NCBI GenBank assembly: GCA_963709835.1
Contig: CAVPYG010000089.1
Location: forward strand, 11,687-75,686
DNA: 64,000 nt
Source of the DNA: an uncultured Acidobacteriaceae bacterium
GTDB lineage: Bacteria; Acidobacteriota; Terriglobia; Terriglobales; Acidobacteriaceae
Direction: 5' to 3'
Shown here: one piece after another, positions 27,973 through 37,104 of the stretch
How positions within the stretch are numbered: position 1 is the stretch's first letter
How the letters are laid out: each line of letters starts with the position of its first letter
The notes under the pieces: generated by a model
Databases searched by the model: none
Seen by the model: only the letters and a program-made list of their open reading frames with translations
What the model was told of the DNA's origin: nothing
Program-made: the position numbers and the translations under genes

Positions 27973-28680
27973 TCACAGGCTTTGGTAGAGGCCTTGGGGC
28001 ACAGGAAAACGGCGTTCGGCGAGGACGGTCCCGAGCAAAGGGACGTGCGCCTGGTTGAGGTGCTGCTTGATTTTCGCGGCGACGAGGCGCCTGGTTTTGT
28101 TGGCGGTCAGAACGAGCACCAGGCCGTCGCAGGCCTGGGCAATGCTGGCGGTGAGCCAGGAGGCGGGAGCGCACCACAAAATGGAAAAATCGAACTCGGT
28201 AGTGAGTTCGCGAAGCCGGGATAAACTCTGGTCGGTGATCCGCTGTCCGCAGGCGTTGGGCAGCCAGCTTTCGCGAGGGACCATCCAAAGATGCGGGGCG
28301 ATCGGCCAGACGGCCTCGACGCGGTTGGCAGGCTGAAGCTGAAGTTGGGTTTGGAGCGGGATGGAGTCGGTGTGCGCGTCGATCAGTCCGACGTCGCATG
28401 TGTCTTCTTCCGCGAGAGATCGGGCGACATCGAGGCAGAGTGTGGCAGTTTCGGTGGATGGTTCGACAGCGGCGAACCCGACATGGCGAACCGGTTGCGA
28501 TCCGGGTCGAAAGAAAAGCTGCTGGACCAGGGCATGAATCTGATCGGCGCGAACTGAAGCCTGGGGAGAAACTGCCGGGCGCTGGATAAGCTCGTGAATT
28601 GAAGAAAGGCGCGGCTGCTCAGCGGGAGTTTGTGTTTCAGCAATTTGTGTTTCAACAAGAAGATCGGGGAAAGTGCTCAC
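27973..28680 (-). CDS. BY-kinase/MinD-fold protein with degenerate Walker A and B (putative pseudo-kinase partner of the PCP)
   Basis: Aligns in layout to CpsD/Wzc C-terminal domains, but the P-loop position reads 'AAVEPSTETAT' (no GK[ST]) and the Walker B position reads 'FSILWCAPAS' (no Asp). The GTG at 28680 forms a GTGA overlap with the PCP stop. Confidence 0.6.
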   Translation of the reverse strand: MSTFPDLLVETQIAETQTPAEQPRLSSIHELIQRPAVSPQASVRADQIHALVQQLFFRPGSQPVRHVGFAAVEPSTETATLCLDVARSLAEEDTCDVGLIDAHTDSIPLQTQLQLQPANRVEAVWPIAPHLWMVPRESWLPNACGQRITDQSLSRLRELTTEFDFSILWCAPASWLTASIAQACDGLVLVLTANKTRRLVAAKIKQHLNQAHVPLLGTVLAERRFPVPQGLYQSL

Positions 28681-30197
28681 GGGGCTACCACCTTTGGACG
28701 GTCGATAGGAGAGATGGAAGAACGCCGGACGGCGGACTGAGGCGCGGGCAGCCAAGCGAGTACGGGAACTTCGAGCAGGCCGCCAGCTTCGTCGGGCGTG
28801 CGAATTGTCGAGTCGAAATACTCTGCCGTAAAGGCGACGGCGACGCTAAAGGCCATGGCCAGTCCCAAAGCGAGCAGACTATAAAGCAGCACGGGGTGCA
28901 GGGGCAGGGCGGGAACTACGGGCGGTTCCACGATGGCCACATTGAGAATGCGGCGCTCGTCAAGCGCGTCGCCGATGCGCGCTTCCTCGCGTTTGCGCAG
29001 GTAGAGCAGGTAGTTGTCTTCGTCGGTTTTGGCGGTACGCATCAGGTCCTGCTGGTCCACCGAGTCGGATTGCATCTGCTGGGCGAGCAAGCGCAGCGAT
29101 GCGGCCTGGGCGGCAGCGTCGGATTCCCGGGCCTGCAAGCCCTCGCGCTGCACCTGAGCTTTTTCCAGTTCCATGCGGGCCCACTCGTAGTTGGGATCTT
29201 TGTCGCTGGTTTCGTCGCGCACGGGGGTGAGCGCTTCGGCGGCAATGGAGGCGCGAGTTTCCGCGATTTCCTGTTCCACTTCCTGCACCAGACGGTAGGA
29301 GGGCTGAAAGCGGCTGAGAAGGTCGGTGCGCTTGAGCAGGAGATCCAAAAGGTGCGATTTCATCTTCTCCAGCGCCCCCGGATTATCGGCCCAGCGCTTG
29401 AGGGTCACGGAACGAATGGGAAACGACTTGAGCTGTTCGGCGAGGGAGGCGATTCTGCGCTCGGTCTCGACACGATCCTGGTCGATCTGGCGCCAAGCCG
29501 CGTCGGCTTCGCCTGACTTCTGGAGCGCGATGTCGCGTTCCGTGGCCGCCGACGCCACGCCGCGATCGCGAGTAAAGCGCACCAGTTCGGCTTCGGACTG
29601 ATGGAGTCTCTTTTCGTATTCCGCGGTCTGCTGGTCGAAAAACTGGATTTCCCCCGGCGGCCGCTGAAGGTTGGTATGCCTTTGCACGTAGAGGGTGGAA
29701 AGGGCAGAGAGTACGCGGGCGGTTTGTTCCGGACTGGTGTCTTTGTAGCTGACCTGGATGAGGTTCGATTTCTTGAGAGCTTCCACATCCAGGCGGCGGG
29801 CCAGCTTGCGAACGGCGTGTTCGATCTCGGCTGGACGGTCGGCACTCGGTGTGTTGGCGGGAACGAGTTCCGCCATTTTCACGACCTGCTTCAGGAGACC
29901 TTCGTCGCGCAGGAGTTCGACTTCGGAATTCAGTTCTTCTTCCGTAATGTCGGGACGGGTGAAATCCATGGAGCTGGGGGGCTGGGGAGAGACGACGGGG
30001 TCAAAGCGTCCGCGGCGCAGCAGGACCTTGAAGTGGGATTCATAGCGGGCGGAGAAAACCACAAAGAGCGAGGCGGCCACCAATACGCACCCAAAAGAAA
30101 GGGCGACGAGCCGCGGACGGCGGAACAGCGTGGCCGCCAGTTCGCGGGGCGTTGGGGACGCAGGAGTGTGCGAGTTTGGGTTCCATTCCGCGGACAT
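28677..30197 (-). CDS. Polysaccharide co-polymerase (Wzz/GumC-type chain-length determinant)
   Basis: N-terminal TM 'LVALSFGCVLVAASLFVVF', a long coiled-coil periplasmic region, and C-terminal TM 'VLLYSLLALGLAMAFSVAVAF'. Alternative GTG start at 30221. Confidence 0.8.
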   Translation of the reverse strand: MSAEWNPNSHTPASPTPRELAATLFRRPRLVALSFGCVLVAASLFVVFSARYESHFKVLLRRGRFDPVVSPQPPSSMDFTRPDITEEELNSEVELLRDEGLLKQVVKMAELVPANTPSADRPAEIEHAVRKLARRLDVEALKKSNLIQVSYKDTSPEQTARVLSALSTLYVQRHTNLQRPPGEIQFFDQQTAEYEKRLHQSEAELVRFTRDRGVASAATERDIALQKSGEADAAWRQIDQDRVETERRIASLAEQLKSFPIRSVTLKRWADNPGALEKMKSHLLDLLLKRTDLLSRFQPSYRLVQEVEQEIAETRASIAAEALTPVRDETSDKDPNYEWARMELEKAQVQREGLQARESDAAAQAASLRLLAQQMQSDSVDQQDLMRTAKTDEDNYLLYLRKREEARIGDALDERRILNVAIVEPPVVPALPLHPVLLYSLLALGLAMAFSVAVAFTAEYFDSTIRTPDEAGGLLEVPVLAWLPAPQSAVRRSSISPIDRPKVVAP

Positions 30198-30292
30198 GGA
30201 TCGTACAGCAAAGCCGATCACACCCGGCGGGCTTTATGGGGACTCGCCAGATTTTGAAGAACGCAATCAGTGAATGCTGCTGCTCCTTTCCG

Positions 30293-31117
30293 CTAAAACT
30301 GCAATGGGTTCATGTACCAGCTCATCGCGCTGGTGGGAACGTACTTGCGGACCTTGGAAACGCGGCTCTGCGGCACGAAAATAAAATCGCCGGGCTGAAG
30401 GTGAAGATCTTCGCGAATATCGCGGGAATCCAGCATCTTCTTTACGTCGATCACGTGGGATTCGGCGACGTAGGCGGAAATGCGGCGAAACACAACCACC
30501 TGGGAATGACGGGCCTGCTGGGTGAAGCCGCCGGCAATGGCGACGGCTTCATTGACGGTCAAGTCGCCGCGCAGTTCGTACTTTCCCGGCCGCGCCACCT
30601 CGCCCGAAGCGAGGAAGTAAGGCTTGTCAAAATCTTTGAGAGTCACGGTGACCTCGGGTTCGCGCAAGAAAGCGCGGTAGGCATCGGCAACCGCCTGCTG
30701 CATCTGAGGGACGGTGAGCCCTTCCACGAGCAGCGTGCCCGCGCCTTTGAGGGCGACGAAGCCATCGGGCTGCACGGTCAAGGTCTGATTGAAGTCGGGA
30801 GAGAAAGTGAAAGTTACGTCCACAACGTCGGATTTCGAAAGCCGGTAAAGCGGATGGCGTTCCCCTCCGAATGCAGGATCTCCCATGCCACCCGCTTTCC
30901 CGGGTTGTGCGATCGCTCCGTGGGTGAGGCTGTCCGTGCCCAGCCGGTCCTGGCTCTGCGAGCTCTCCGCCAGGGCGAACTTGCCGGTTGGCGGAGCAGA
31001 GGATCCAGGCGCCGAAGCCGGCGACGGCACAGCCTCTTGAGCGGAAGTGACCACGGCAAGCTGCAAGATGAGCATGCCCGCAGCTCTCAAAACGGCGTGT
31101 TGTGCGAATGCATTCAT
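30293..31117 (-). CDS. wza: Polysaccharide export outer-membrane protein (Wza family: Poly_export + SLBB)
   Basis: Signal peptide 'LILQLAVVTSAQE', 'YRLSKSDVVDVTF...TVQPDGFVALKGAGTLLVEGLTVPQMQQAV' and 'GEVARPGKYEL'. Confidence 0.8.
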   Translation of the reverse strand: MNAFAQHAVLRAAGMLILQLAVVTSAQEAVPSPASAPGSSAPPTGKFALAESSQSQDRLGTDSLTHGAIAQPGKAGGMGDPAFGGERHPLYRLSKSDVVDVTFTFSPDFNQTLTVQPDGFVALKGAGTLLVEGLTVPQMQQAVADAYRAFLREPEVTVTLKDFDKPYFLASGEVARPGKYELRGDLTVNEAVAIAGGFTQQARHSQVVVFRRISAYVAESHVIDVKKMLDSRDIREDLHLQPGDFIFVPQSRVSKVRKYVPTSAMSWYMNPLQF

Positions 31118-31402
31118 CTCCGGTCTCTCACCGTTGCTCTGAACGGCGAATCAAAGCAACTCGGGCGTTTGAGCTGTTTCCTCGACCCTACCGCCCGGTG
31201 CCCGGCGCCACAAGACTTGGAAAGTACTGTCCACTGCGGTACCGGGCACATTGCAGCCATGGGACAAATGATGAAAGCGGCAAATAAGCTGCCAGGCTTG
31301 GGTTTTCGGCCTCGGCGACGCGCCGGAACAAAGAGCGCCGAGGAGGAAGTCGCGCGCGGGTGCGCCCCTCGAAAGTAGGCGGGGATTTATCACCAACGGA
31401 GT

Positions 31403-32182
31403 GTGATGAAACCCACATCCGTGGCCAGCGCTTTGGGGCATGATGGGAGCGTGAAGACGATCCACTCCGAAAAACAGCCAATGGAATCGAGCCCGGCCGC
31501 AACGGAAGCAGTGCATGTCGTGGTTGCCGATTCAAGTCCCATTCAATCACAACTCTTGAAGCGGGCGTTGCGAAGCCGGCGGGACTTTCAGGTTTCGACC
31601 GTCGCTTTGGAAACGTCCGCTCTGCACGAATTTTTGCAATCGAATCGAGCGGACGTGGTCTTGATTGCGGGAAACCATCTGCCCGACCTGAGCTTGGTGC
31701 GCTGGTTGCGGGTTTCGTATCCCAAGGCCGCTCCGGTGCTGCTGGCCGAGAGCGACGACCGCGAACTGGTGGTGAATGCCTTCCGCGCGGGCGCGAAGGG
31801 GATATTCCTTTTTACCCATACTCCATTTTCCATGCTCTGCAAGTGCATCCACTGCGTTTTCAAAGGAGAGGTTTGGCTGAACCGGCAGCAGATGAATTAC
31901 ATGCTGGACGCTTTATCGGAGGTGCCCGCGCTGCGCGTGGTCAACTCGAGCGGAAGGTTTCTGTTGACGCCGCGCGAGGAGCAGGTGGTGGCGCTGGTGG
32001 CCGACGGCATGAGCAACCGCAGAGTGGCCACGGAATTGGGGCTCAGCGAACACACCATCAAGAAATATCTGCTGCGCATTTTCGACAAGGTGGGAATTTC
32101 GAGCCGGGTGGAACTCGTGCTTTATGCAATGTCGCACGGCGAGCATCGGCCGTCGGAATGGATGCCGACCAGCAATGCCTGA
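31403..32182 (+). CDS. LuxR/NarL-family regulator with a degenerate (pseudo-)receiver domain
   Basis: HTH 'LTPREEQVVALVADGMSNRRVATELGLSEHTIKKYLLRIFDKVGISSRVEL'. The phospho-acceptor position reads 'VVLIAGN' (Asp to Ala) and the conserved Lys position reads 'GIFLF'. Alternative start at 31481. Confidence 0.8.
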   Translation: MMKPTSVASALGHDGSVKTIHSEKQPMESSPAATEAVHVVVADSSPIQSQLLKRALRSRRDFQVSTVALETSALHEFLQSNRADVVLIAGNHLPDLSLVRWLRVSYPKAAPVLLAESDDRELVVNAFRAGAKGIFLFTHTPFSMLCKCIHCVFKGEVWLNRQQMNYMLDALSEVPALRVVNSSGRFLLTPREEQVVALVADGMSNRRVATELGLSEHTIKKYLLRIFDKVGISSRVELVLYAMSHGEHRPSEWMPTSNA

Positions 32183-32241
32183 GCACGGAAGAAAGAGCCG
32201 ACGTACAATGCCAATATGCAAAATGGCGAGGAGATGGCGAG

Positions 32242-32673
32242 GTGACGGGCCCCGGGTCTCAGTCTCAGTCGGAGTCTCAATCCCAGTCGCAGTCCGGCGT
32301 GGCGCGCCGGTGGACGGTGATCGCTTCCGGGCTGCTTCTTTTGGCGCTGGCGCTGGTCGTGATCTATACGAAGCCGAATGCTTTTTACAGTCCCATCGCT
32401 TTGGTGGTGGTGGCCGCGATCGGACTGGCCGCGCTGCTGCTCCAGGTTTGGTTTCGCCGCGATCTTCCGAATGTCCATTCTCCGCTGTGGCTTAACGTGC
32501 TGGGCATTGTCTGCGCCATGGTGGCGTTGTTCGCGGATTACCTCGGAATGCCGCGCCGCATGATGTATCTGGTGGCGTTTGCCGCGGTGATCTGCTTCGG
32601 CATCAGCGGATCGCTCATCCTGCACGCGCTGCGACGGCGGGTGCGGGCGCCAGAGGCGGCTGCGACGGAGTAG
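32242..32673 (+). CDS. Small polytopic membrane protein with an N-terminal (SQ)n tract
   Basis: GTG at 32242. 'GSQSQSESQSQSQS' is followed by about 4 hydrophobic helices. The upstream part of the 276-aa track ORF overlaps the LuxR gene and is rejected. Confidence 0.5.
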   Translation: MTGPGSQSQSESQSQSQSGVARRWTVIASGLLLLALALVVIYTKPNAFYSPIALVVVAAIGLAALLLQVWFRRDLPNVHSPLWLNVLGIVCAMVALFADYLGMPRRMMYLVAFAAVICFGISGSLILHALRRRVRAPEAAATE

Positions 32674-32740
32674 AGAATAAGGAAGATGAAGTCAGCGGGC
32701 TGTCATTCTTGCCCGCAGCGCTTCCAGTTACAATGCCCCT

Positions 32741-33610
32741 ATGCGCGTCACGCTATTTGGAGCTTCGGGATTGCTGGGGCATGACCTGGTCCCGGCGCTG
32801 AGCGGCGAGCAACTCACTGTGTTTTCGGTCGAAGACGCCGACCTGCGCGACCACGAGCTCATTCGCGGCTTGGTTCGCGATTCCCGTCCGGAATGGATCC
32901 TGTTGTTGGCCGCCTACACCGATGTGGATGGATGCGAGTCGAACCGCGAGTTGGCGTTCGCCGTCAATTGCGAAGGCGCGGCGAATGTGGCCGAGGCTGC
33001 CCGCGAAGCTGGATCGCGATTATTGTTTGTGAGCACGGACTACGTTTTTGACGGCACGAAAGGATCGCCGTATGAAACCAGCGATCCGAGGAATCCGGCC
33101 AGCGTTTATGGCGAGAGCAAGGCGCGGGCGGAAGAACGGCTGATTGAGATTCTGCCCGACGTTTGTATCGCACGGACGGCGTGGCTGTTTGGGCATGGAG
33201 GCAAATGTTTTCCCGCAACGATTCTAAAGCTGGCGGCGACGCGGCCTGAGATTTACGCGGTGCCGGAGATTTCGGTAGTGAACGACCAGCGGGGCAGCCC
33301 GACCTACACGTGCGATCTGGCGTCGGCTCTGGTGCAACTTTGCCGCGCGTCCGCGCGCGGGATCGTGCATGTGACGAATTCCGGCAACTGCACATGGTAT
33401 GAGTTTGCCGCCGAAATCGTGCGCGCATCGGGACTGCCGGCGAGAGTCAAGCCCGTGACCACGGCAGAATTCCCGCGTCCGGCGCGGCGGCCGGCGTATT
33501 CCGTTATGGCGCCGGAGAGTCTGCACGCCTACAACATCCACATGCCGGAATGGCAGGATGGGTTGCGGCGCTATCTCGCGAGCGCGCCCGGCGCAACGGT
33601 GGTTCCGTAG
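32741..33610 (+). CDS. rfbD: dTDP-4-dehydrorhamnose reductase
   Basis: 'VTLFGASGLLG', 'AAYTDVDGCE', 'STDYVFDGTKGSPYETSDPRNPASVYGESKARAE' (YxxxK), 'RPAYSVM'. Confidence 0.9.
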   Translation: MRVTLFGASGLLGHDLVPALSGEQLTVFSVEDADLRDHELIRGLVRDSRPEWILLLAAYTDVDGCESNRELAFAVNCEGAANVAEAAREAGSRLLFVSTDYVFDGTKGSPYETSDPRNPASVYGESKARAEERLIEILPDVCIARTAWLFGHGGKCFPATILKLAATRPEIYAVPEISVVNDQRGSPTYTCDLASALVQLCRASARGIVHVTNSGNCTWYEFAAEIVRASGLPARVKPVTTAEFPRPARRPAYSVMAPESLHAYNIHMPEWQDGLRRYLASAPGATVVP

Positions 33611-33838
33611 TTCAGGCGCTCTCGGCGGTGCGACGCTGCCGATGACGGCCGAGGCAGTTCCGGAACCGCAAGCGGTGGTGTAACCGTGTTTCCGGACGAC
33701 AACAAGAAATACTTAAGCACCGACCTGATGAAGCATGAGGCGGCGCGCGGCGAATACCTCGCACCGAGTATCCAACTGAAGGGGCTGTCGGCTCTGCCCC
33801 GCGTCTGTGGCTTCTGTGGACGGGGCAACCGAGCATAG
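33611..33838 (+). pseudogene. 3' remnant of a cysteine synthase/CysM-like PLP enzyme gene (no start codon, N-terminus missing)
   Basis: Begins directly after the rfbD stop, with no start codon. Reads '...GGVTVFPDDNKKYLSTDLMKHE...', resembling the C-terminal 'PD.G.KYLST' end of cysteine synthase-family proteins. Confidence 0.4.
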
Positions 33839-34070
33839 ATCTAGGTTCCGCCGAAGGCCTGACGGAACACGCTCAGAGCGGCGTGGTGAAAAGAAGCGGT
33901 GCGACTTAATGCCCTCGGGCGAGGAGCACGCCGCACCGCCCGAGGAAATCTGGACTTCTGCAAAGGAGAAAATCCAGCCCAGTTTCCTTCCCGTCGGCCT
34001 TCTAAGAAAATTCAACACAGCGAAGTCGGACGAGGGCTGTCTGTTCAATATTGCACACTCTGCCCACCAA

Positions 34071-34135
34071 AATCACGATTTGGCGGGGGTTTAGGGTCAG
34101 GAATCGGGTCGATGAGCGAAATCGCGATGTTTCAC
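34071..34135. repeat. Hairpin repeat, family member R8 (diverged)
   Basis: Arms 'aatcacgatttggcg' and 'gagcgaaatcgcgat'. The right half 'gggtcgatgagcgaaatcgcgatgtttc' matches the right halves of R1 and R2. Confidence 0.5.
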
Positions 34136-34254
34136 CAACAGACATCGCTACGCGGAAAATTCAGGCGAGGGTGTGGACCTGTAATTTTCAAGAACTTGTC
34201 GCACGGGAACCGTTTTCTGTCCGAGTCGTGTATCCTTGTCGCGGAGGATAAGCC

Positions 34255-34833
34255 ATGCGAAAGCTTCCGATCTGCATCTGCCTTCTTCTTCTTGCGACGG
34301 TCGCCGCCTGGTCGCAGGAGAATCCGCTCAGCGCATTCACTAAGCGCGTCTACGGATTCCAGAAGGACCTTCTGCTCCGCTCCGCCGAAAAAATGCCCGA
34401 GGAGAGTTACAGCTTCAGGCCCACCGAGGCGGTCCGCAGCTACGGCCAGATCCTTGGGCACGTGGCCGACGCCCAATACCTGTTTTGTTCGAAAGCGCTC
34501 GACGAGAAGAATCCTGAACCGAAGATCGAACAAACCAAGACTTCCAAGGCGGATCTGATCGTCGCTCTCAAGACCGCCTTCGCCTACTGCGACAAGGCTT
34601 ACGATGGAATGACAGACGCGTCCGGAAGTCAAATCGTGAAGCTATTCGGAACCGATACGCCAAAACTAGGCGTGCTGAATTTCAACAATGTGCACAACAT
34701 GGAACACTACGGGAACCTTGTGACCTACATGAGGATCAAGAACATTGTGCCTCCCTCGAGCGAGCAGAACGTCGCCGCCGCCAACTCCGCCACAAAAGCA
34801 GAAATAGTGTGTGCTTTTAATGCCTCCCGTTGA
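34255..34833 (+). CDS. DinB-superfamily protein with signal peptide
   Basis: 'RPTEAVRSYGQILGHVADAQYLF' and 'VHNMEHYGNLVTYMR' (His triad pattern of the DinB_2 type). N-terminal 'ICICLLLLATVAAWS'. Confidence 0.75.
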   Translation: MRKLPICICLLLLATVAAWSQENPLSAFTKRVYGFQKDLLLRSAEKMPEESYSFRPTEAVRSYGQILGHVADAQYLFCSKALDEKNPEPKIEQTKTSKADLIVALKTAFAYCDKAYDGMTDASGSQIVKLFGTDTPKLGVLNFNNVHNMEHYGNLVTYMRIKNIVPPSSEQNVAAANSATKAEIVCAFNASR

Positions 34834-34887
34834 CTTCGAGTGATGACGGACACTAACAGTCGCCGGGGAGTCGGAGGTATAAGAAGG

Positions 34888-34935
34888 TTGTACACTCAAG
34901 GGAGTCAATGAGTGAAATGGCGATTTCTCAACAAC
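34888..34935. repeat. Hairpin repeat, family member R6
   Basis: 'ttgtacactcaagggagtcaatgagtgaaatggcgatttctcaac' has arms 'tacactca'/'tgagtg.a' and the shared tail 'aatggcgat.t'. Confidence 0.55.
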
Positions 34936-35046
34936 TACAGCGAATCTCTTAAGCTCTGGCAGGTCTTTTTGTTCTAACAAAGTTGTATCTTCGAGACTGT
35001 GAATCGCTCTCTTTTTTGGGAAACTGAACCTTCCTGAAGCAAACCG

Positions 35047-35865
35047 ATGCGCATCGCAAGCACAGGTCGTGGCATCTTCGCGGTCACCATGATCGGTCTA
35101 GGAATCATAGGCCTGGTTCGCCGTGATTTCGTCCCCGGCTGGAATCCGGCACCCAAGGTCTCCGCAGGCGGTCTACTCGTGTCCTTGGTCTCGTTGATCT
35201 CCTTCGCAGCGGGTGTCGGTCTACTGATTCGGCGCGTGGCGAGCGCTGCCGCGCGCTTACTGGTCGCCACCTTTTTTCTTTGGTTGTTATTATTCCGGTT
35301 ACCAAACTTTCTTCTTCTACCCGCTTTTGCAGCTTGCTGGTCCGTGTTCCCGCTTACGGTCATGTTGGCCGCTTCCTTGGTCCTCTATGCCTTGTTTGCC
35401 ACCGACTGGGACCGTGACCACCTTGGCTTTGCGGTCGGCGGCAATGGCCTTCGCATTGCCCGCGCGCTCTACGGCTTGTCCTTGATCTTCTTCGGCGCGG
35501 CCCATTTCATCGACGTAAAAGACACCCTTTCGCTCGTTCCCAATTGGCTGCCAGGTCATCTGTTCTGGGCATATTTCACCGGCTGCGCCTTCATCGCGGC
35601 GGGCGTAGCTGCCCTCACCAGCCTTTATGCGCGGCTGGCAGTCACGCTCTCGGTCGTGCAACTCACGTTGTTCCTGGTTCTGGTTTGGGTACCGATCGTG
35701 GCGAATGGGTCCAGGGATCCCTTCCAGTGGAGTGAGACTATCCTCAATGTGGCGCTGTTGGCTGGTGGATGGGTAGTCGCCGATTCCTACCGAGGTACGA
35801 GGTGGTTTGTCATCAAGGGCCTCAGTACTTCGGTTCAAACATCTCCCGGAAAGCCGATTGCATGA
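35047..35865 (+). CDS. Polytopic membrane protein (possibly DoxX-like)
   Basis: 272 aa, 7-8 hydrophobic segments and coherent coding statistics. The family assignment is tentative. Confidence 0.6.
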   Translation: MRIASTGRGIFAVTMIGLGIIGLVRRDFVPGWNPAPKVSAGGLLVSLVSLISFAAGVGLLIRRVASAAARLLVATFFLWLLLFRLPNFLLLPAFAACWSVFPLTVMLAASLVLYALFATDWDRDHLGFAVGGNGLRIARALYGLSLIFFGAAHFIDVKDTLSLVPNWLPGHLFWAYFTGCAFIAAGVAALTSLYARLAVTLSVVQLTLFLVLVWVPIVANGSRDPFQWSETILNVALLAGGWVVADSYRGTRWFVIKGLSTSVQTSPGKPIA

Positions 35866-35954
35866 GTATGTTCTTGGACGGGTGATGATTTCGACAGCGA
35901 GCCCACGTCTGACCATAAACACATGAAGGTGTTGAAAAACTCAGGTGAGCGGAG

Positions 35955-35981
35955 GACACTGCGATCGATCAGTGTTTTTTC
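35955..35981 (+). terminator. Candidate rho-independent terminator
   Basis: 'acactg-cgatcgat-cagtgt' followed by 'tttttt', about 90 nt after the 35865 stop. Confidence 0.4.
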
Positions 35982-36101
35982 GGCGGGATTTGGTCTGATT
36001 CTCTGGTGGTCTTGTTCGGTTCTCTACCACCGTATTTATACTCACCTCTCATCCCCCGGCCTGCGTTTGTAGCAGGGGTGGCCGCTGGGCAAGGAATCTC
36101 G

Positions 36102-36224
36102 CTAGCCGTCCAGGACGGAAACGAAAATATCTGGGAGCGATCCGGCCACGGTTGCTCGAACGGCGGTGCAGAGGACGGTCGATGCAAACGCTCCCAGAAG
36201 AGCAAGAGCGAACAGGTTCTTCAT
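36102..36224 (-). CDS. Possible 40-aa secreted peptide ORF (below the track cutoff)
   Basis: 'MKNLFALALLGAFASTVLCTAVRATVAGSLPDIFVSVLDG' is signal-peptide-like and preceded by 'gaggtagag'. Lies immediately downstream of hairpin R1. Confidence 0.3.
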   Translation of the reverse strand: MKNLFALALLGAFASTVLCTAVRATVAGSLPDIFVSVLDG

Positions 36225-36252
36225 GGGGAAACTCTACCTCAACTGTTGAAAT

Positions 36253-36315
36253 CAGGCCATTACGCTCAGAACCCCCGACGGCAGGGTCGGTGAGTGTAAT
36301 GGCGATGTTGCAACA
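36253..36315. repeat. Hairpin repeat R1 (variant A)
   Basis: 'caggccattacgctcagaacccccgacggcagggtcggtgagtgtaatggcgatgttgcaac'. Arms 'ccattacgctca'/'tgagtgtaatgg'. About 55/62 identical to R2 by eye. Confidence 0.8.
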
Positions 36316-36326
36316 GCTATTCACGC

Positions 36327-36659
36327 TTACTTGGCAGACCGATCTTCGGAAGGCTCAATCAAGTCGGAAGCGAACCGGCGCTTCACCCAACTCTCCGGAA
36401 GCGCTAAGCCCGCCGAAAACGCGAAGACTGCTGCTCCATAAGCCCAAGGGAAACGGTCGCGAGCGAAATGTGTGATGTACAGCGCGCTTGCTAATCCCCA
36501 GCCCACCCAACGCAGTATTCTCAACCACTGCAATACCGGGCGCAAGCCAATAGACCACCAACGGGCAGCCCCATACAGTGCGATCCAGATGATCATCGGT
36601 GCGGCTGTAAGAGCCGACGCCACTTCAATCCCGAGTACCTTAGACCCGTCGATATTCAA
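36327..36659 (-). CDS. Hypothetical small membrane protein (orphan), flanked by hairpins R3 and R1
   Basis: 110 aa with 3 hydrophobic segments. No family recognised. Confidence 0.5.
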   Translation of the reverse strand: MNIDGSKVLGIEVASALTAAPMIIWIALYGAARWWSIGLRPVLQWLRILRWVGWGLASALYITHFARDRFPWAYGAAVFAFSAGLALPESWVKRRFASDLIEPSEDRSAK

Positions 36660-36737
36660 GACCGTATCCTCGCTTCGGCTCTCGCTTACGAGAATAGTCT
36701 ACCCCCAAGCGATGTAAAGAGGATGCATATTGGCGTA

Positions 36738-36790
36738 AGCAGGCGATTACACTCAGAACCCCTCAATGAGCGTTGTCGCGATTTATCGCC
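36738..36790. repeat. Hairpin repeat R3 (variant B)
   Basis: 'agcaggcgattacactcagaacccctcaatgagcgttgtcgcgatttatcgcc'. About 44/50 identical to R4 by eye. Confidence 0.8.
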
Positions 36791-37104
36791 AACTACGGCC
36801 AACTGGTATGCTCTCTATGGATGACGGCATTCACGTGCGCATCGGCAATGACTTCGCAATACGGATTGGGCCGCAGACCCGGCATTGCACTTGCAGTCGG
36901 GAGCTCTCACCACCCTCATTTATGTAGTGCTGGCGCCCGTGGTCATGCGATCCGGGTTCCCTCCGCTTTTTGCCCTTCTCATCGCGGCTTTGGCTGGGTT
37001 TGTTTCGCCCGTGAGAAAGGCAATGCACAAGTTTCTGGTCAACGAGGCGGGAAGTGAGCAAACAGCATGCCGGCAGCGCATCACGAAACGGAAAGGAAAG
37101 CGTA

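Noticed and set aside
27968-28399. N-terminal 144-aa extension of the sugar-transferase ORF (the track ORF runs 26414-28399)
   Set aside because: The extension overlaps the BY-kinase-like gene in another frame and is Arg/Pro-rich. 'MADSTTN' at 27967 leaves a clean 5-nt gap to the upstream gene.
31843-32241. The first ~133 codons of the 276-aa ORF 31843-32673
   Set aside because: They overlap the LuxR-family gene out of frame. Only the part from the GTG at 32242 (membrane helices) looks coding.
33899-34558. 219-aa plus-strand ORF spanning the intergenic region and the DinB gene start
   Set aside because: Arg/Ser-rich and out of frame with the DinB-family gene. It also crosses hairpin repeat R8.
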